From Bacteroidetes bacterium GWF2_33_38 (GTDB taxonomy: Bacteria; Bacteroidota; Bacteroidia; Bacteroidales; GWF2-33-38): DNA of 64,000 nucleotides. The position numbers and the translations under genes were made by a program. A model generated the notes under the pieces. The model saw only the letters and a list, made by a program, of their open reading frames with translations, searched no databases and was not told the DNA's origin. Positions 9,705 through 20,230 of this stretch are shown one piece after another. Positions within the stretch are counted from its first letter, which is position 1. Every line of letters begins with the position of its first letter. The DNA is taken from the NCBI GenBank assembly GCA_001769505.1, contig MEOF01000050.1, forward strand, positions 8,962-72,961. Direction: 5' to 3'.

Positions 9705-10033
9705 GATGTTTTTTGAAATCGTTTCAGCTGGCTGGAAGGTCTGTCGTTCAAACCATTATAGCACCGAAATCAAACAATTATTAGCATTTAGTGGCATGTT
9801 TTTACATTAAGAAACATTAGTGGACATCTCAGCATGACGAAAAGTTCGAACTGAGATTTCAGTGGAAGCGATGAGGGTGTCTTATATGAAGAAATTTGTA
9901 ATATTCTTGATGATATTGGTTTTGTTTGTAAAATGAAGGTTGAATGAGTTTTGATTTGTTTTTAAACGATATTTAATTACATTCGTAATAATCAATTGTT
10001 TAAATATTCTGTTACATATTTGTAAAGAAAAAA

Positions 10034-10870
10034 ATGAATACTGAAAAAGAAAAATTGAAATATCTTGATCGTTTCAAGAGAAATGAAATTTGTATAATTG
10101 ATTTAGTTGATGAAAGTGATACTACAAGTATTTCAAAGCAACTTGCTGAATCTTCAATGAAATATTTTAGTTTTTCAGTTGATGGTGGATTTGATATAAC
10201 AATTAATAAGATTAATAATAAAGGAGACTTAATAAAGTATTTTGATAAACTACAAGAATCAGTAAATAATTTTGAAGTTAATCCTTGGATTCATATTGAA
10301 GCACATGGAAATACAGACGGAGTCAAAATTGGAAGTTCTGACTTCATTACTTGGGAAGAATTGCTTGATTTATTAAGAGAAATAAATATAAAATTATTAA
10401 ATACTTTAATTGTAGTTTTATCAATGTGTTATGGAGTGTTTGCTGCAATAAAGGTTGATTTTTCAAAAAGAGCTCCGTTTAATTTGTTGGCTGGCATTGA
10501 TAGAGAAGTTAGTTATGGTGAGTCTTTTATTGCATTTGAAACATTTTACAATGAATTTAGATCGGGAAAACAATTGTTAGAAGCTATTAAAATTGTGAAT
10601 ACTCAAATAAAAGGTCAAATGATTTTAAAACCCATAGACTATTTCTTCAATCTTTATACAAATCTTGATGAACCGTTAGACAATCAAATACAAAAGGTAA
10701 TAGATGATGAGGCACTTACAAGAACATATCAAATGAAAGGCAAACTTGACTCTGTCGTTTTTTATAAAATGAAAGTAATCATTGAAAAGGATATTCGAGA
10801 CAAGATGAGTAAATTATCAGAAACAAAAGAATGGTTTTTAATGAATGATCTTATAGAAAAGACTATATAA
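10034..10870 (+). CDS. Hypothetical protein with caspase/CHAT-like His-Gly and Cys motifs
   Basis: WIHIEAHG and IVVLSMCYG; isolated ORF beside tRNA. Confidence 0.55.
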   Translation: MNTEKEKLKYLDRFKRNEICIIDLVDESDTTSISKQLAESSMKYFSFSVDGGFDITINKINNKGDLIKYFDKLQESVNNFEVNPWIHIEAHGNTDGVKIGSSDFITWEELLDLLREINIKLLNTLIVVLSMCYGVFAAIKVDFSKRAPFNLLAGIDREVSYGESFIAFETFYNEFRSGKQLLEAIKIVNTQIKGQMILKPIDYFFNLYTNLDEPLDNQIQKVIDDEALTRTYQMKGKLDSVVFYKMKVIIEKDIRDKMSKLSETKEWFLMNDLIEKTI

Positions 10871-11061
10871 ACAGCCAATTATTATCTATATTTCTGGAAA
10901 ACGGTGCCAATCAGCTGGAACAACCTTCTTTCTTATTAGAGATTTAACAAACTTTTCCCCCTCAGGTGTTAAATCGTGTATGATAGAAAAATTGGGGCAG
11001 TTCGAACATTAAAACTAAATTCTGTGTTTGCGTCTATCGCCCACACCATCGGGGAAAGCAG

Positions 11062-11108
11062 CACCAATAAAAAAGGGACTTCCCCTTTTTTATTGGTGAA
11101 GTCCCTTT
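11062..11108. terminator. Hairpins downstream of tRNA-Ser, likely terminator
   Basis: 16-bp perfect stem 11062-11077/11083-11098; alternative 11-bp stem 11072-11082/11098-11108. Confidence 0.7.
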
Positions 11109-11109
11109 C

Positions 11110-11200
<91 letters not shown>

Positions 11201-11219
11201 ATTGTGATTGACCGAACTA

Positions 11220-11251
11220 CAAAAGTACAAATTTGATTTCAAATACACAAA
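11220..11251 (-). promoter_or_regulatory. Bacteroidota consensus promoter for tRNA-Ser
   Basis: Minus strand TTTG (11251-11248), 20-nt spacer, TACTTTTG (11227-11220), matching TTTG...TAnnTTTG. Confidence 0.7.
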
Positions 11252-11257
11252 AAATTT

Positions 11258-12532
11258 TTATTTCGAATAAAACCGAATCATTTTACCAATCGTATATTGG
11301 CATACTGGACAGAATCCATTAACAATAATTGATTTCATGGTGCAATCAATAAACGGACGATAAATACCTTTGCTAACATATCCACCTCCTTCATAAACGC
11401 CTAATTTTTGTTTATTTTCTTCCGAAATAGGTGTTGGAATGGGTTGATTTTTATCCATCATTTTTTTCCATTTTGAATTGAAATCAGATAAATTTGTTAA
11501 GTTTGGTTGCCATGGTTCATATTTTGATGAATAAAAAGATTGGTAAGGAGTTGAGCTATCGAAATATTCGTCGCCAAGTCCGGCAAAAGCATGCCCAAAT
11601 TCATGAATAAACAAAAATTCAGTATCTTCATTATCAGCGGCAAAAGTGCTGTAATAATTGTAAATTCCACCTCCACCGTATTTCTTTGTATTAACAATTA
11701 TAACAATCTGATCGTATGGCGTATTTGCAGCAACATCTTTAACCTTTAGGTAATCGTATGTCATTAAATATCTTTCGCTATCGAAAGTATAAAATGAAGT
11801 ATTTATAGTTGTATATTTCCAAATATTTTCACTAGGGATATCGGTTCCTTCTTCAACAGATGGAACTAAAACGGCGGAAATATTAAATTTATCAATATTT
11901 TCCTTGTATGGAGACGAGTTGAATAAATATTGTTTAAATTTATGAGCATCTTTTTCAAAATCAGCCATTTTATCCAATGTATAGCCATCAGGAATAAAAA
12001 CTATATCTACTTTATTTTCTGACAACCCACTTTCGTGAATCTTCAGAACAGGATATTTTTCTAAATCATTTTTAATGATAAATTTATTTTTAGGATTGAC
12101 TGTATATTCAAATATTTTAACAAAAATGTTTTCTTTATTTCTTGATAAAAGTTCAAAAATAATCGTGTATTTTGGGAATGGAATAGATACACTTTCATAA
12201 AAGCTTCTGCTAATATTTTTAGCTTCGTCAGTAATTTGCCATTCTTCAAACAAGGTGCAATAATTGTGTGAATATATGGGTGTTTTTGTTGCAGAATCAA
12301 TCACAATCGCTTTATATTCGCCATAATTGAACGTGTCTAATAAATTTATTTTTGAACCACCAAAATATGGTTCTTCTTTCAACTGTTCAAAATAAACTTG
12401 TTCCGATGTTGAATTTCCAGCATGAATATAATCAATCCTAAGACTCTTATCGATAAAAAAATCTTCATAATTTAATTGGGCATTACTTAAAATTGAACTA
12501 AGTGCAAATGCTAAAACTATCAGACTTTTCAT
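11258..12532 (-). CDS. Peptidase M64 family metalloprotease, secreted
   Basis: Signal peptide, YGGGG, HEFGH, C-terminal DCTM...FCPVC. Confidence 0.92.
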   Translation of the reverse strand: MKSLIVLAFALSSILSNAQLNYEDFFIDKSLRIDYIHAGNSTSEQVYFEQLKEEPYFGGSKINLLDTFNYGEYKAIVIDSATKTPIYSHNYCTLFEEWQITDEAKNISRSFYESVSIPFPKYTIIFELLSRNKENIFVKIFEYTVNPKNKFIIKNDLEKYPVLKIHESGLSENKVDIVFIPDGYTLDKMADFEKDAHKFKQYLFNSSPYKENIDKFNISAVLVPSVEEGTDIPSENIWKYTTINTSFYTFDSERYLMTYDYLKVKDVAANTPYDQIVIIVNTKKYGGGGIYNYYSTFAADNEDTEFLFIHEFGHAFAGLGDEYFDSSTPYQSFYSSKYEPWQPNLTNLSDFNSKWKKMMDKNQPIPTPISEENKQKLGVYEGGGYVSKGIYRPFIDCTMKSIIVNGFCPVCQYTIGKMIRFYSK

Positions 12533-12600
12533 AAAACAATTATTTTGGTTGCTTAAAATTATATAAATTTGTCGTAAATTTATAAGAAGATTTAAGATTT

Positions 12601-13878
12601 ATGATTATAAAATACACTTCATTAGTAAAAGAATGGCTTATTGAAAATGGCATTTCATCTGAATTTATTTCGTTGTTAAATATGCTTCTTCTCGTTTTGA
12701 TAGTTGCTATAATAGGTATAATTGCAAATTTTATCGCAAAAAAAATTATCGTTTCAATTATTGGTCGCATCATTAAACGTTCAAAAAATACTTGGGATGA
12801 TGTTCTTCTCGAAAAAAAAGTTTTCAATCGTTTATCCCATTTTGCTCCCGCTATATTAATATATTATTTTGTAAATATTGTGTTGATTGATTATCCAAAT
12901 TGGATTGGCTTTATTAAATCGGCAACATATATATATGTAATCATCGTGTCAATGATGGTTATTTGCTCATTTTTAGATTCTTTGAACGATATTTATAATT
13001 CTTTACCCGCTTCACAAAACAAAAGACGTTCAATCAAAGGGTATATACAAGGCGTTAAAATTATCTTATACATTTTTGGAGCTATCCTTATTTTTTCAAT
13101 AATCTTTGGTAAATCTCCTCTGTATTTCCTTACTGGAATGGGAGCTATCGCAGCAATTTTAATGTTGGTTTTTAAAGATACTATATTGGGGTTAGTTGGA
13201 GGAATTCAGCTTGCTACAAATGATATGGTTCGACTTGGCGATTGGATTTCGATGCCATCAAAGGATGCAGATGGAACAGTTGTTGATATTTCGTTGCATA
13301 CAGTTAAAGTTCAAAATTGGAACAAGTCTATAACCACAATTCCTACATACGTATTAGTTTCAGAGTCTTTTAGTAATTGGAGAGGAATGGAGGAGTCAGG
13401 AGGAAGGAGAATAATGCGATCGCTTAATATTGATATGAAGAGTATTAAATTGCTTAATGACGAATTATTTGAAAAATTAACGAAAATACACTTAATCAAT
13501 TCTTATTTAATCACAAAACGTGATGAAGTTTTAAAATACAACAAAGAACATAACATTGATGAGTCAATCGCAGTTAACGGCAAACGATTAACAAACTTAG
13601 GAACATTTCGAAAATATATTGAAGAGTATTTGAAAACAAATCCGAACATTCATAAAGAAATGACTCTTTTGGTACGCCAACTTCAACCCACAGAAACAGG
13701 ACTTCCAATACAAATATATTGTTTCAGCAAGATTCAGGAATGGGGTGCTTTTGAAACAATTCAGTCGGATATTTTTGATCATATTTTGGCAATAATTTCA
13801 GACTTTGAATTACATGTATTTCAAAATCCAAGCGGAGAAGATTTTCGTTTACGCACTTTGCGAGATGCTGCTTTTTAG
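12601..13878 (+). CDS. MscS-family mechanosensitive channel (YbdG-like)
   Basis: TM helices; GDWISMP..ADG.V, VKVQNW, NWRGM..SGGRRI. Confidence 0.93.
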   Translation: MIIKYTSLVKEWLIENGISSEFISLLNMLLLVLIVAIIGIIANFIAKKIIVSIIGRIIKRSKNTWDDVLLEKKVFNRLSHFAPAILIYYFVNIVLIDYPNWIGFIKSATYIYVIIVSMMVICSFLDSLNDIYNSLPASQNKRRSIKGYIQGVKIILYIFGAILIFSIIFGKSPLYFLTGMGAIAAILMLVFKDTILGLVGGIQLATNDMVRLGDWISMPSKDADGTVVDISLHTVKVQNWNKSITTIPTYVLVSESFSNWRGMEESGGRRIMRSLNIDMKSIKLLNDELFEKLTKIHLINSYLITKRDEVLKYNKEHNIDESIAVNGKRLTNLGTFRKYIEEYLKTNPNIHKEMTLLVRQLQPTETGLPIQIYCFSKIQEWGAFETIQSDIFDHILAIISDFELHVFQNPSGEDFRLRTLRDAAF

Positions 13879-14435
13879 TCCCGTATTATTTTAATATCTC
13901 CACCAACTCCCAATTTTATAATTGAAGAAGCTGTGTTTTTTGTTTTTTCGTTTTGACGATATTTTACAACGTAATCAACTTTTGATTTAATTTCTCCCGA
14001 AATTTCCGAAAAATTTGCTGGACTTTTTTCTCCGCTAATATTTGCCGATGTTGATACAATTGGTTTTCGAGTTTTGTACATAATTGCTTTGCAAAATTCA
14101 TCTTTTGTAACTCGAATTCCTATTGTTCCATCTTCGTTTACCAAATTTTTAGGTAGGTTTTTAGCATCGGAATAAATTATGGTCAATGGTTTTTCTGAAT
14201 ATTCAATTAATTGGTCGGCAAGTTCAGGTATTTCTTTTACATATCGCGAGAGCATTTCCATTGAATCAACCAAAATCAACATCGATTTTGTATCGCTACG
14301 TTGTTTTATTTTATAAATTTTATCAATTGCAGTTTCGTTTGTAGCATCGCAACCAATTCCCCAAATTGTGTCGGTTGGATAAAGAATTATTCCGCTGTTT
14401 TTTAGAGTTTCAAAAATTTCTGGCTCAATTTGCAT
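13875..14435 (-). CDS. tsaC: L-threonylcarbamoyladenylate synthase (TsaC/Sua5)
   Basis: YPTDTIWGIGCDA, STSANISG. Confidence 0.93.
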   Translation of the reverse strand: MQIEPEIFETLKNSGIILYPTDTIWGIGCDATNETAIDKIYKIKQRSDTKSMLILVDSMEMLSRYVKEIPELADQLIEYSEKPLTIIYSDAKNLPKNLVNEDGTIGIRVTKDEFCKAIMYKTRKPIVSTSANISGEKSPANFSEISGEIKSKVDYVVKYRQNEKTKNTASSIIKLGVGGDIKIIRD

Positions 14436-15191
14436 TTACTTATTTTTATAAAGTTGTTGAAGTGTTTTGTATTTCAAATATGTAGCTTTTGCTGCGTTTT
14501 TAGCAATAATAAAACCAAACTTCCCATCTAAAAATCCACGTTTAAAAATAAATAATTTCAAAAATTTGAAATTCGAAATAAAAAATAGTTGAAATAGATT
14601 TGATTTTTTTTCTTTTTTAAACATCTGCATTGCTTGAAGTGATGCGAAATTTTTAAGTTGATTTTCGTGTTGTTCAACTGAAAAAACAGTGTAATGCAAT
14701 AAATCTCCTTTCAAAAAACCAATTGAAACATTATTTAATTCAATTCGTTCATGTACTAAATTATCGTTCCATTTTGTTTTTGTTTTATCAAACAATCGAT
14801 ATTGAAAATCGGGATACCAGCCGCCATATTTTATCCATTTTCCGCAGTAATTTGACAATCTTTTGAAATAAAAAACATCAAATTTAGGGTTCATTTTAAC
14901 TTTTAAAATTGAGGATATCAACTCATTAGAAAGTTCTTCATCAGCGTCGAGTGATAAAATATATGGTTTTGTAGTTAATGAATTTGCATAGTTTTTTTGA
15001 TTACTATATCCGTCAAATTTTCGTTGAACGAAATTTACATCGTGTTTTTTGCAAATTTCTTCGGTTTTATCAGTCGAAAATGAATCAACAACAATAATTT
15101 CATCGGCAATATCTTTAACAGATAAAATACATCTTTCGATGTTTTTATCTTCATTAAAAGTTATTATTACTACTGAAATTTTAATTTCCAT
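14436..15191 (-). CDS. Glycosyltransferase family 2
   Basis: ISVVIITFNE, VVDSFSTD, LDADE, GFLDG. Confidence 0.92.
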   Translation of the reverse strand: MEIKISVVIITFNEDKNIERCILSVKDIADEIIVVDSFSTDKTEEICKKHDVNFVQRKFDGYSNQKNYANSLTTKPYILSLDADEELSNELISSILKVKMNPKFDVFYFKRLSNYCGKWIKYGGWYPDFQYRLFDKTKTKWNDNLVHERIELNNVSIGFLKGDLLHYTVFSVEQHENQLKNFASLQAMQMFKKEKKSNLFQLFFISNFKFLKLFIFKRGFLDGKFGFIIAKNAAKATYLKYKTLQQLYKNK

Positions 15192-15197
15192 TTATAA

Positions 15198-16313
15198 TTA
15201 TTGTTTTAGACTTAAATAAATATTATTCAACTTTTCAGAAATTAGTTTTTTATCAAAAAATTTTCGATGAATGATTCCATTCGAAATACAAGTTTGTTGT
15301 AATTGATTGTCGGTTAATAATTTTTTAATAGTTAATCCTAATTCTTCAATATTTTCAGGGTTAACGTATAATGCTGCGTTTCCTCCAGCTTCAGAAAAAC
15401 AATAACCTTTTGTCGTAATAACTGGAATTTCAGAAAATAAAGCTTCAATTATTGGAATGCCAAATCCTTCATATTTAGACGGATATACTAACATTTTGGC
15501 AAGTTGATAAATTATTGCAAGTTCGTAATTTGAAACATTTTCTAGAACTATTAAATTTGATTTTAAGTTTTTTGAAATTAAATATTTTTCAATTTTTTCG
15601 AAATATTCAGTTTTTTTTCCAATTGCAACAATTTTTATATCAATATTTTGTAATTCAACAGCTTTAATAATATTTAGCAAGTTTTTTCTTTCTTCAATTG
15701 TTCCTACGTTTAAAATGAAATTTGATGGTAAATTGAATTTATTAATTACTTTGTTTTTTTCAATTTCAGAATATTTTTGTTTGAAAAAATCATTACACGT
15801 TTGAAATATTACTTTAATTTTTTTTTCATCAATGTTGTAAAAATCAATTATATCTTGCTTTGTTTGCTCGCTAACTGCAATAATAATGTCAGCATTTTTC
15901 GCACTTTTTTTGCACTTGAAATTGTACATCCATCTGTCAAATGATTTGTATAATTTAGGATATTTTAAAAAAATCAAGTCATGAATAGTAACAATTGTTT
16001 TTACATTTGATTTTTTAATATTTAATGGGAGTTCATTACTTAAACCATGAAAAATATCAATTTTGTCTTTTTTTAAGATATATGAAATTCCAAATGATCG
16101 CCATAAGAAGCTTGGTAAAAATGAAAGTGTTTTACTTTTTAAAGTAAAATTTGTGTTTTCAAATGTGAAATTTTTATTGTTATTCTTGCTTGAATATAGA
16201 AAATATTTGTTCTCATGATGAAATTCATCAAGTAACAAAAGTGTAGTTCTACTGTAATTTCCTAATCCACTTTTATTGAAAAATGCTCTTTTAGCGTCAA
16301 ATCCTATATTCAT
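15198..16313 (-). CDS. Glycosyltransferase family 4
   Basis: IGFDAKR, TIHDL, YPS.YEGFGIPIIEA. Confidence 0.92.
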   Translation of the reverse strand: MNIGFDAKRAFFNKSGLGNYSRTTLLLLDEFHHENKYFLYSSKNNNKNFTFENTNFTLKSKTLSFLPSFLWRSFGISYILKKDKIDIFHGLSNELPLNIKKSNVKTIVTIHDLIFLKYPKLYKSFDRWMYNFKCKKSAKNADIIIAVSEQTKQDIIDFYNIDEKKIKVIFQTCNDFFKQKYSEIEKNKVINKFNLPSNFILNVGTIEERKNLLNIIKAVELQNIDIKIVAIGKKTEYFEKIEKYLISKNLKSNLIVLENVSNYELAIIYQLAKMLVYPSKYEGFGIPIIEALFSEIPVITTKGYCFSEAGGNAALYVNPENIEELGLTIKKLLTDNQLQQTCISNGIIHRKFFDKKLISEKLNNIYLSLKQ

Positions 16314-16327
16314 TTTATAGAATTGTT

Positions 16328-17152
16328 TTAAACCGAAACATTATATTCACGTAAAGCTTCGTTCAACGAAATTTTTTTGTCGGTTGATTCTTTTCGTTTT
16401 CCAATAATTAACGCACACGAAACTTGATATTCGCCTGCTGGAAATTTTTTAGTGTACGAACCTGGAATTACCACCGAACGAGCAGGAACAATTCCTCTAT
16501 ATTCGATTGGATTTTCGCCCGAAACATCAATAATTTTAGTTGATTGTGTCAAAACAACATTTGCCCCCAAAACAACTTCTTTTTCTAAATGAACGCCTTC
16601 AACCACAATGCAACGTGAACCTATAAAACAACCATCTTCAATAATTACAGGTGCTGCTTGAATTGGTTCTAAAACTCCACCAATTCCAACGCCACCGCTC
16701 AAATGAACATTTTTTCCAATTTGTGCACACGAACCAACTGTTGCCCAAGTGTCAACCATTGTTCCTTCGTCAACATAAGCTCCAATATTTACATACGATG
16801 GCATTAAAATTACACCTTTTTGTAAAAACGAACCATAACGTGCAACTGCATGAGGTACAACACGAACACCTAATTCTTTATAATTTTTTTTGAGTGCAAT
16901 TTTATCGTGAAATTCAAGTGGTCCAACTTCAAAAACTTCCATTTTTTGAATTAGAAAATACAAAATCACCGCTTTTTTTATCCATTCGTTTACAATCCAT
17001 TTTTCGTTTTTCTTTTCAGCGATTCGAATTTTTCCTTTATCTAAAAGTTCAATAACTGAGCGAATTGCATTTTGAGTTTCTGGATTTTCTAACAAAGTTC
17101 GGTTTCCCCAAGCTTTTTCGATTATTTCTTTATTTTTGAGTATCATTTTCAT
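16328..17152 (-). CDS. dapD: Tetrahydrodipicolinate N-succinyltransferase
   Basis: RVVP, MPSYVNIGAYVDEGTMVDTWATVGSCAQIG. Confidence 0.96.
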   Translation of the reverse strand: MKMILKNKEIIEKAWGNRTLLENPETQNAIRSVIELLDKGKIRIAEKKNEKWIVNEWIKKAVILYFLIQKMEVFEVGPLEFHDKIALKKNYKELGVRVVPHAVARYGSFLQKGVILMPSYVNIGAYVDEGTMVDTWATVGSCAQIGKNVHLSGGVGIGGVLEPIQAAPVIIEDGCFIGSRCIVVEGVHLEKEVVLGANVVLTQSTKIIDVSGENPIEYRGIVPARSVVIPGSYTKKFPAGEYQVSCALIIGKRKESTDKKISLNEALREYNVSV

Positions 17153-17239
17153 TTATTCGACTATATTGACACAAAAATAGAAGTAAAATTGTATTGTTTT
17201 TTATATAAAATATTCAACTTTACGAAAAAATATTTTGTC

Positions 17240-18199
17240 ATGTTACATAATTATCCAAATATAGAAAATATTAAGATAGCACACGAATTAATCAAACCAT
17301 TTATTCATCGTACACCTGTTTTAAAATCAAATTTAATTAATGAAATTGCAGGTTGTGAAATTTATTTCAAATGTGAAAATTTTCAAAAAGTTGGGGCGTT
17401 TAAGTTTCGGGGTGCAACACATGCAATATTAACATTGTCGGAAGACGAAAAACGTAATGGAGTTGCTACTCATTCGTCTGGAAATCATGCAGCAGCATTA
17501 GCATTAGCGGCTCGAATGAATGGTATAAAAGCGTATATCGTAATGCCAAATAATTCCCCTGAAGTTAAAAAAAAGGCGGTTGCCGGTTATGGTGCTGAAA
17601 TTACATATTGTCAGCCAACGCTTGCTGCACGAGAATCTACTCTCGAAACAATTGTTAATAAAACTGGAGCTACCATGGTGCACCCTTACAATAATTACAA
17701 AGTTATATGTGGTCAGGGAACGGCTGCAATTGAATTATTAGAAGAAAAGCCCTATTTAGATGTTGTAGTTGCTCCCGTTGGTGGAGGAGGGTTGTTGAGT
17801 GGAACAGCAATAGCAAGTAAAGGAGTTAATTCAAACATAAAAGTTATTGCAGCGGAACCTGAATATGCGAACGACGCATATCAATCATTCAAGCAGAAAA
17901 AGTTTGTTCCTTCGTTAAAGCCGAACACGATTGCAGATGGTTTATTGACTTCGTTGGGAGATAAAACATTTGAGATAATTTTAGATAAGGTTGATGATAT
18001 ATACACCGTTTCTGAAGTACAGATTATTGAAGCAATGCGATTGATTTGGGAGCGTATGAAAATAATTATTGAACCATCATCAGCTGTTGCGTTAGCTGGC
18101 GTTTTGGCAAATAAAGATTTTTTTAAAAATAAAAAAGTTGGAATTATTATTTCCGGAGGAAATGTTGAATTGAGCAAATTAGGTGATTTGTTTAAATGA
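17240..18199 (+). CDS. PLP-dependent serine/threonine dehydratase or serine racemase
   Basis: KCENFQKVGAFKFRGA, SSGNH, PVGGGGL, SGGN; start placed at ATG 17240. Confidence 0.92.
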   Translation: MLHNYPNIENIKIAHELIKPFIHRTPVLKSNLINEIAGCEIYFKCENFQKVGAFKFRGATHAILTLSEDEKRNGVATHSSGNHAAALALAARMNGIKAYIVMPNNSPEVKKKAVAGYGAEITYCQPTLAARESTLETIVNKTGATMVHPYNNYKVICGQGTAAIELLEEKPYLDVVVAPVGGGGLLSGTAIASKGVNSNIKVIAAEPEYANDAYQSFKQKKFVPSLKPNTIADGLLTSLGDKTFEIILDKVDDIYTVSEVQIIEAMRLIWERMKIIIEPSSAVALAGVLANKDFFKNKKVGIIISGGNVELSKLGDLFK

Positions 18200-18241
18200 A
18201 AAAAGAATCTTGCAATTTTGCAAGATTCTTTTTTCATTTAA
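18192..18241. terminator. Bidirectional intrinsic terminator
   Basis: 24-bp perfect inverted repeat between convergent genes. Confidence 0.85.
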
Positions 18242-18252
18242 GCTATTAGAAA

Positions 18253-18699
18253 TTATGATAATAGTGTTTTAATTTTCTCGGATACTATTTTATTATCAGC
18301 TTTGCCTGCAAGTATTTTTGAAGCCATGCCCATAATTTTTCCAAAATCGGAAGGAGAGTTAAAATTATTTTCAGAAATTATTTTCTTAATCACTTCAATA
18401 ATTGCACTTTCATCTAACATTTTTGGAAGATATGTTTCAATAATACTTGCTTCGAAGAGTTCTTTTTCGGCAAGTTCTTGGCGACCATTAGCATTAAAAA
18501 TTTCAGCCGATTCTTTTCGTTGCTTTAATAACTTATTCAGAATGCTAATTTCTTTTTCTTCGGTAACTTCGCTTGCGTTTTTTTCTGTTTTAGCTAGCAA
18601 TAAAGCTGCTTTTATGGCTCGTAACGATTCCAATTTTTCTTTTTCTCGAGCAAGCATTGCTGATTTTATATCGTTATTTATTTTTTCGGTCAAACTCAT
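18253..18699 (-). CDS. GatB/YqeY domain protein
   Basis: IKSAML, LR.IKAA, KQRKES, YLPK. Confidence 0.92.
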   Translation of the reverse strand: MSLTEKINNDIKSAMLAREKEKLESLRAIKAALLLAKTEKNASEVTEEKEISILNKLLKQRKESAEIFNANGRQELAEKELFEASIIETYLPKMLDESAIIEVIKKIISENNFNSPSDFGKIMGMASKILAGKADNKIVSEKIKTLLS

Positions 18700-18727
18700 A
18701 ATTTTAAACTTTTAATTTTTTACTTTC

Positions 18728-20206
18728 TTAGTCAACATTATCGTGAGTATATGGATTTCCCTCGCTAAGCTTAGTTCCTCCCTCTCCGTCGTTCGACAAT
18801 GTAAATCTTGAGTATTTATTTGTAGCAGAATCTTCTTGTAAATCAGTTTCCATTTGTTTTCGCTTAAATGCCGAAATGTTTTCAAGTTCATCTAAATCGT
18901 TATTTGTTAATTTAGTATGACTTAGTTGACGAAGTTTTTCGTATTTTTCAAATTGAGCTTTTCGTTCTTCTGCTTTCGTATCTAAATCTACAGATTCAGG
19001 TTTTTGTTCCTTTTTCTTTTCTCCATATAATTCTTCGTAAATATTTGTTTTACTTTCTTTTATCGGTTCTTCTATCGTACGAACTTCAAATTGAATGGTT
19101 CCTTGTTGTGTGTTTTCTTTTGAGAAGTCGAAAATGGTTTCGTTTTTTTGAATAACCTCTTTCTTTTGTTCAATTTTTATAGGAGAAATAATTTCTTTTT
19201 TCGTCTCTGATTTTGCTTTTAATTCGGGAATGCTATTTGTTCCAAATCCGGTTGCGATAATGGTAACGCTAATTTTATTACCTAAGCTTTCGTCGTAACC
19301 ATTTCCCCAAATAATATCAGCCATTGATCCAGCAGCATCTTGAACATAATCAGTTATTTGACCGACTTCATCCATCGTTATTTCTTCAGAACCCGAAGTT
19401 ACATTTAATAAAATATTTTGTGCTCCGCGAATATCATTATTGTTTAATAATGGAGAAGTTAATGCCGTTTTGATTGCTTTAAGAGCCCTGCCATCACCAT
19501 CTGCTGAGCCTGAACCCATCATCGCCACGCCGCTATCTTTCATAACTGTTTGTACATCGGCAAAGTCAACATTTATATATCCATGAACGGTGATAATTTC
19601 GGCAATTCCTTTTGCTGCTGTTGTTAACACATTATCTGCTTTGGCAAATGCATCGGCAAGTTTAAGGTCTCCGTATATTTCTCGAAGTCTTTCGTTATTA
19701 ATTACAAGCAATGCATCAACATGCTCTTTTAATTCGCTGATTCCTTCAATTGCCTGATTTATTCGCCGCTGGCCCTCGAAACGAAATGGGATTGTTACGA
19801 TTCCTACTGTTAAAATTCCCAAGTCTTTTGCCACTTTTGCAATAACCGGAGCGGCTCCTGTGCCTGTTCCGCCACCCATTCCTGCAGTGATAAACACCAT
19901 CTTGGTGTTATTTGAAAGAACGTTGGTAATTTCGTCTAAATTTTCAATGGCTGCTTGCTTTCCTTTTTGAGGTAAGTTTCCTGCTCCTCGTCCTTCGGTA
20001 AGCGTTTGTCCTAATTGAATCTTAATTGGAATCGGACTTTTTGCTAAGGCTTGCGAATCAGTATTTCCGATGATAAAACTTACATCTTTAATTCCTTGCT
20101 TGAACATGTGATTAACAGCATTTCCTCCGCCTCCACCAACTCCTATAACTTTTATAATTGAAGCTTCTTGTTGAGGAATTTCAAAGTTCATTAAATCTTC
20201 GTTCAT
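18728..20206 (-). CDS. ftsZ: Cell division protein FtsZ
   Basis: [30 protein letters not shown]. Confidence 0.99.
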   Translation of the reverse strand: MNEDLMNFEIPQQEASIIKVIGVGGGGGNAVNHMFKQGIKDVSFIIGNTDSQALAKSPIPIKIQLGQTLTEGRGAGNLPQKGKQAAIENLDEITNVLSNNTKMVFITAGMGGGTGTGAAPVIAKVAKDLGILTVGIVTIPFRFEGQRRINQAIEGISELKEHVDALLVINNERLREIYGDLKLADAFAKADNVLTTAAKGIAEIITVHGYINVDFADVQTVMKDSGVAMMGSGSADGDGRALKAIKTALTSPLLNNNDIRGAQNILLNVTSGSEEITMDEVGQITDYVQDAAGSMADIIWGNGYDESLGNKISVTIIATGFGTNSIPELKAKSETKKEIISPIKIEQKKEVIQKNETIFDFSKENTQQGTIQFEVRTIEEPIKESKTNIYEELYGEKKKEQKPESVDLDTKAEERKAQFEKYEKLRQLSHTKLTNNDLDELENISAFKRKQMETDLQEDSATNKYSRFTLSNDGEGGTKLSEGNPYTHDNVD

Positions 20207-20230
20207 AATTCTGTTTATTTGGGGTTAGTA

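Noticed and set aside
9860-9950. Short frame ...SGSDEGVLYEEICNILDDIGFVCKMKVE*
   Set aside because: No start codon, in-frame stop just upstream, no recognisable family; cannot be supported as a pseudogene
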